A DNA stretch of 64,000 nt from an uncultured Pelagibacteraceae bacterium. GTDB lineage: Bacteria > Pseudomonadota > Alphaproteobacteria > Pelagibacterales > AG-422-B15. Below the pieces are notes generated by a model, which had not been told where the DNA came from, made no database searches, and saw nothing but the letters and a program-made list of their open reading frames with translations. Below, one piece after another: positions 61,403 through 64,000 of this stretch (its first letter is position 1; every line of letters begins with the position of its first letter). Both the position numbers and the translations under genes were made by a program. The stretch covers positions 1,096-65,095 of the forward strand of contig CABZHO010000001.1 of NCBI GenBank assembly GCA_902525595.1. The letters are read 5' to 3'.

Positions 61403-62365
61403 ATGAATAATAAAAAAATATCACTTATTGGAGCCGGACAAATTGGTGGAACACTTGCTCACTTGGCTGCAATGAAAGAGCTGGGAGATATTGTTTTGTT
61501 TGATTTAATGTCCGGGTTAGCAAAAGGAAAAGCGTTGGATATAGCTCAATCTTCTGCGATTGATGGATTTAACGTTTCACTTACAGGAACAGATAATTAT
61601 ACAGATACACGTGACTCCGATGTTATAATAATTACAGCTGGTGTTCCTCGAAAACCTGGAATGACTCGAGATGACTTATTAGGAACAAATCTAAAAATTA
61701 TTAAGCAAGTAGCTGAGGGTATCAAATCAACCTCGCCTAATGCCTTTGTTATATGCATTACAAATCCATTAGATGTAATTGTTATGGCATTACAAAAATA
61801 TTCTGGTTTACCAAAAAATAAAGTGATTGGTATGGCAGGTGTTTTAGATACGTCTCGATTTAAATATTTTTTATCGCAAGAGCTCCAAGTACCAATTAGT
61901 AAAGTTGATTCATTCGTTCTTGGAGGACATGGCGATACAATGGTGCCTGTGCCTAATAGAACAACAGTTAATGGGGAAAACCTTAATGATCTTATGAATC
62001 AAGGAAAAATTTCAAAAGCTAAAATTGAGGAAATTATTGATAGAACAAGAAAAGGTGGAGCCGAAGTAGTGAAACTTTTAGAGACTGGGTCTGCTTTTTA
62101 TGGACCAGCAGCCTCTGGCATCGAAATGGCGGATTCATATTTAAACGATAAGAAAAAGGTTTTACCTTGTGCAGCATATCTGGACGGTGAATACGACATC
62201 AAAGATCTCTATGTTGGAGTTCCAGTTATAATTGGCTCGGGAGGTATTGAAAAAGTCGTTGAACTTAATTTAGATGATGAAGAGCAGAAACATTTTCAAA
62301 CATCTATAGAAGCGGTTAGAGAATTATTCGATGCAGCAAAAAATATTGATCCGTCACTTGTATAG
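61403..62365 (+). CDS. mdh: Malate dehydrogenase
   Basis: [30 protein letters not shown] motifs. Confidence 0.97.
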   Translation: MNNKKISLIGAGQIGGTLAHLAAMKELGDIVLFDLMSGLAKGKALDIAQSSAIDGFNVSLTGTDNYTDTRDSDVIIITAGVPRKPGMTRDDLLGTNLKIIKQVAEGIKSTSPNAFVICITNPLDVIVMALQKYSGLPKNKVIGMAGVLDTSRFKYFLSQELQVPISKVDSFVLGGHGDTMVPVPNRTTVNGENLNDLMNQGKISKAKIEEIIDRTRKGGAEVVKLLETGSAFYGPAASGIEMADSYLNDKKKVLPCAAYLDGEYDIKDLYVGVPVIIGSGGIEKVVELNLDDEEQKHFQTSIEAVRELFDAAKNIDPSLV

Positions 62366-62367
62366 AA

Positions 62368-63525
62368 ATGAATATTCACGAACACCAAGCAAAAGAATTA
62401 TTTAGTACTTATAATATACCTGTATCCACAGGAAGTGTTGCATTCTCTATGAGTGAAATTCATACTGCTGTAAATAATGTTGTAGGACCTATCTGGGTTG
62501 TAAAAGCCCAAATCCATGCAGGGGGAAGAGGAAAAGGTGGTGGAGTAAAAGTGGTATCTTCAAGGGATGATGCAATAAGTGAAGCGGAGAAAATGTTTGG
62601 GATGAACTTAATCACGCCTCAAACTGGGGCTGAAGGCAAAGAAGTAAAACGTATTTATATTGAAAATGGTTCAGATATAAAAAAAGAACTTTATCTTTCA
62701 TGTTTACTGGACAGAGCGACTAGTAAAGTTGCTTTTATAGTTTCAAAAATGGGAGGTATGGATATTGAGGCTGTAGCTGAAGATACACCAGAAAATATAA
62801 CAACAATTCAAATCGAACCAGCAGTCGGCGTAACTGACGAGAGTATTAATAAAATTCTTCATGCCTTTGAGCTTGAAGATGATTATGTAACTCAGTTATC
62901 CAATCTTATCCAAAATATGTATAAATTTTTTTTAGAAAAAGATGCCAGTCTAGTTGAAATCAATCCTTTGATTGTGACCGAAACTAATAAACTCCTATGT
63001 CTTGATGCGAAGGTCAATTTTGATGAAAACGCCCTTTATCGTCATCCAGAAATCGAAAAGCTACGTGATGAGAACGAAGAAGATGTATATGAAAGAGAGG
63101 CATCAAAGCATGATTTAGCTTATATAAAACTGGGTGGAAATATTGGATGCATGGTTAATGGTGCAGGTTTAGCCATGGCTAGTTTAGATATTATTAAAAT
63201 GTATGGTGGTGAGCCTGCTAATTTTCTCGATGTTGGCGGAGGAGCATCAAAGGAAAAGGTTTCAAGTGCATTCAAAATCATTCTTTCAGACACTGGCGTG
63301 AAGGGTATTTTAGTAAATATTTTTGGAGGAATTATGCGGTGTGATATCATTGCTGAAGGCATAGTTGCTGCTGCAAAAGAACTAAAAATTTCTGTACCTC
63401 TTGTTGTTAGACTTGAAGGTACAAACGTAAATGAAGGTAAAAAAATTCTTGAAAATTCTAGTATAGAAATCATCCCAGCTAGCAATCTAGATGATGCAGC
63501 AAAGAAAATTGTAAAGCTGGTTTAA
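62368..63525 (+). CDS. sucC: Succinyl-CoA synthetase beta subunit
   Basis: [36 protein letters not shown] motifs. Confidence 0.98.
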   Translation: MNIHEHQAKELFSTYNIPVSTGSVAFSMSEIHTAVNNVVGPIWVVKAQIHAGGRGKGGGVKVVSSRDDAISEAEKMFGMNLITPQTGAEGKEVKRIYIENGSDIKKELYLSCLLDRATSKVAFIVSKMGGMDIEAVAEDTPENITTIQIEPAVGVTDESINKILHAFELEDDYVTQLSNLIQNMYKFFLEKDASLVEINPLIVTETNKLLCLDAKVNFDENALYRHPEIEKLRDENEEDVYEREASKHDLAYIKLGGNIGCMVNGAGLAMASLDIIKMYGGEPANFLDVGGGASKEKVSSAFKIILSDTGVKGILVNIFGGIMRCDIIAEGIVAAAKELKISVPLVVRLEGTNVNEGKKILENSSIEIIPASNLDDAAKKIVKLV

Positions 63526-64000
63526 TGTCAGTAATTGTAAATAAAGACACGAAAGTTATTTGTCAGGGTTTTACTGGTTCTCAAGGTACATTTCATTCAG
63601 AACAAGCCATCAAGTATGGTACCAAAATGGTAGGTGGAGTAACACCAAAAAAAGGAGGAACTCAACATCTTGGATTACCTGTATTCGATACAGTAAAAGA
63701 AGCTAAAGAAAAAACACAAGCTAACGCCTCCGTTATTTATGTACCACCTCCATATGCTGCAAACGCAATTCTTGAAGCAGTAGATAGTGAGATTGAACTT
63801 ATTGTTTGTATCACTGAAGGTATTCCAGTTATAGATATGTTAAATGTTAAAGACAAATTAAGATCATCTTCATCCAGACTTATTGGGCCTAATTGTCCAG
63901 GAATTATAACACCAGATGAGTGTAAAATAGGTATTATGCCCGCACACATTCACCAAAAAGGTAATGTAGGAATTGTATCTAGGTCTGGTACCCTTACATA
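63525..64000 (+). CDS. sucD: Succinyl-CoA synthetase alpha subunit, 3'-truncated by window edge
   Basis: TAATG overlap with sucC; hand translation [27 protein letters not shown]...ITEGIP...GPNCPG...VSRSGTLT. Confidence 0.96.
   Translation, partial: MSVIVNKDTKVICQGFTGSQGTFHSEQAIKYGTKMVGGVTPKKGGTQHLGLPVFDTVKEAKEKTQANASVIYVPPPYAANAILEAVDSEIELIVCITEGIPVIDMLNVKDKLRSSSSRLIGPNCPGIITPDECKIGIMPAHIHQKGNVGIVSRSGTLT

Noticed and set aside
1921-63949. Numerous short antisense or alternate-frame ORFs nested in core genes (e.g. 5534..5803, 7703..8032, 15293..15706, 49720..50082, 63120..63485, 63737..63949)
   Set aside because: Contained within well-supported genes, with no motifs or RBS; expected shadow ORFs
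1-64000. tRNA, rRNA, prophage, IS elements and known metabolite riboswitches
   Set aside because: None recognised by eye in the few intergenic gaps; a tRNAscan/Infernal run would be needed to exclude them formally

Overview
A 64-kb stretch of a gene-dense, visibly AT-rich chromosome. Gene content and order (tsaD-gpsA-EVE, ccm cluster, ffh-rpsP-rimM-trmD-rplS-leuCD-leuB-asd, sdhCDAB, mdh-sucCD, DUF1674, DUF2794, IalB family, ffh leader RNA) point to a streamlined alphaproteobacterium, plausibly a marine SAR11/HIMB59-like lineage (inference). Most of it is core metabolism: purH, rpe, acs, hemCD, folD, argG, rlmN, htpG, acnA, cytochrome c maturation, SRP, leucine synthesis and TCA cycle. I saw no rRNA, tRNA, CRISPR, prophage or IS element. 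Four loci stand out. (1) A two-gene cassette between folD and argG pairs an orphan TRAP substrate-binding protein (no dctQM) with an overlapping gene that carries the hallmarks of a prokaryotic pentameric ligand-gated ion channel. (2) A DUF1302-DUF1329-YCF48/BNR-SDR operon has a greatly enlarged, Cys-rich outer-membrane protein and no adjacent RND partner. (3) A single ORF fuses a CitE/Mcl-family domain to a mesaconyl-CoA hydratase-like domain. (4) A 26-aa hydrophobic ORF missing from the track has a strong RBS and an adjacent perfect 12-bp inverted repeat, downstream of a minimal Smr gene. All family calls are by motif recognition; no searches were run.
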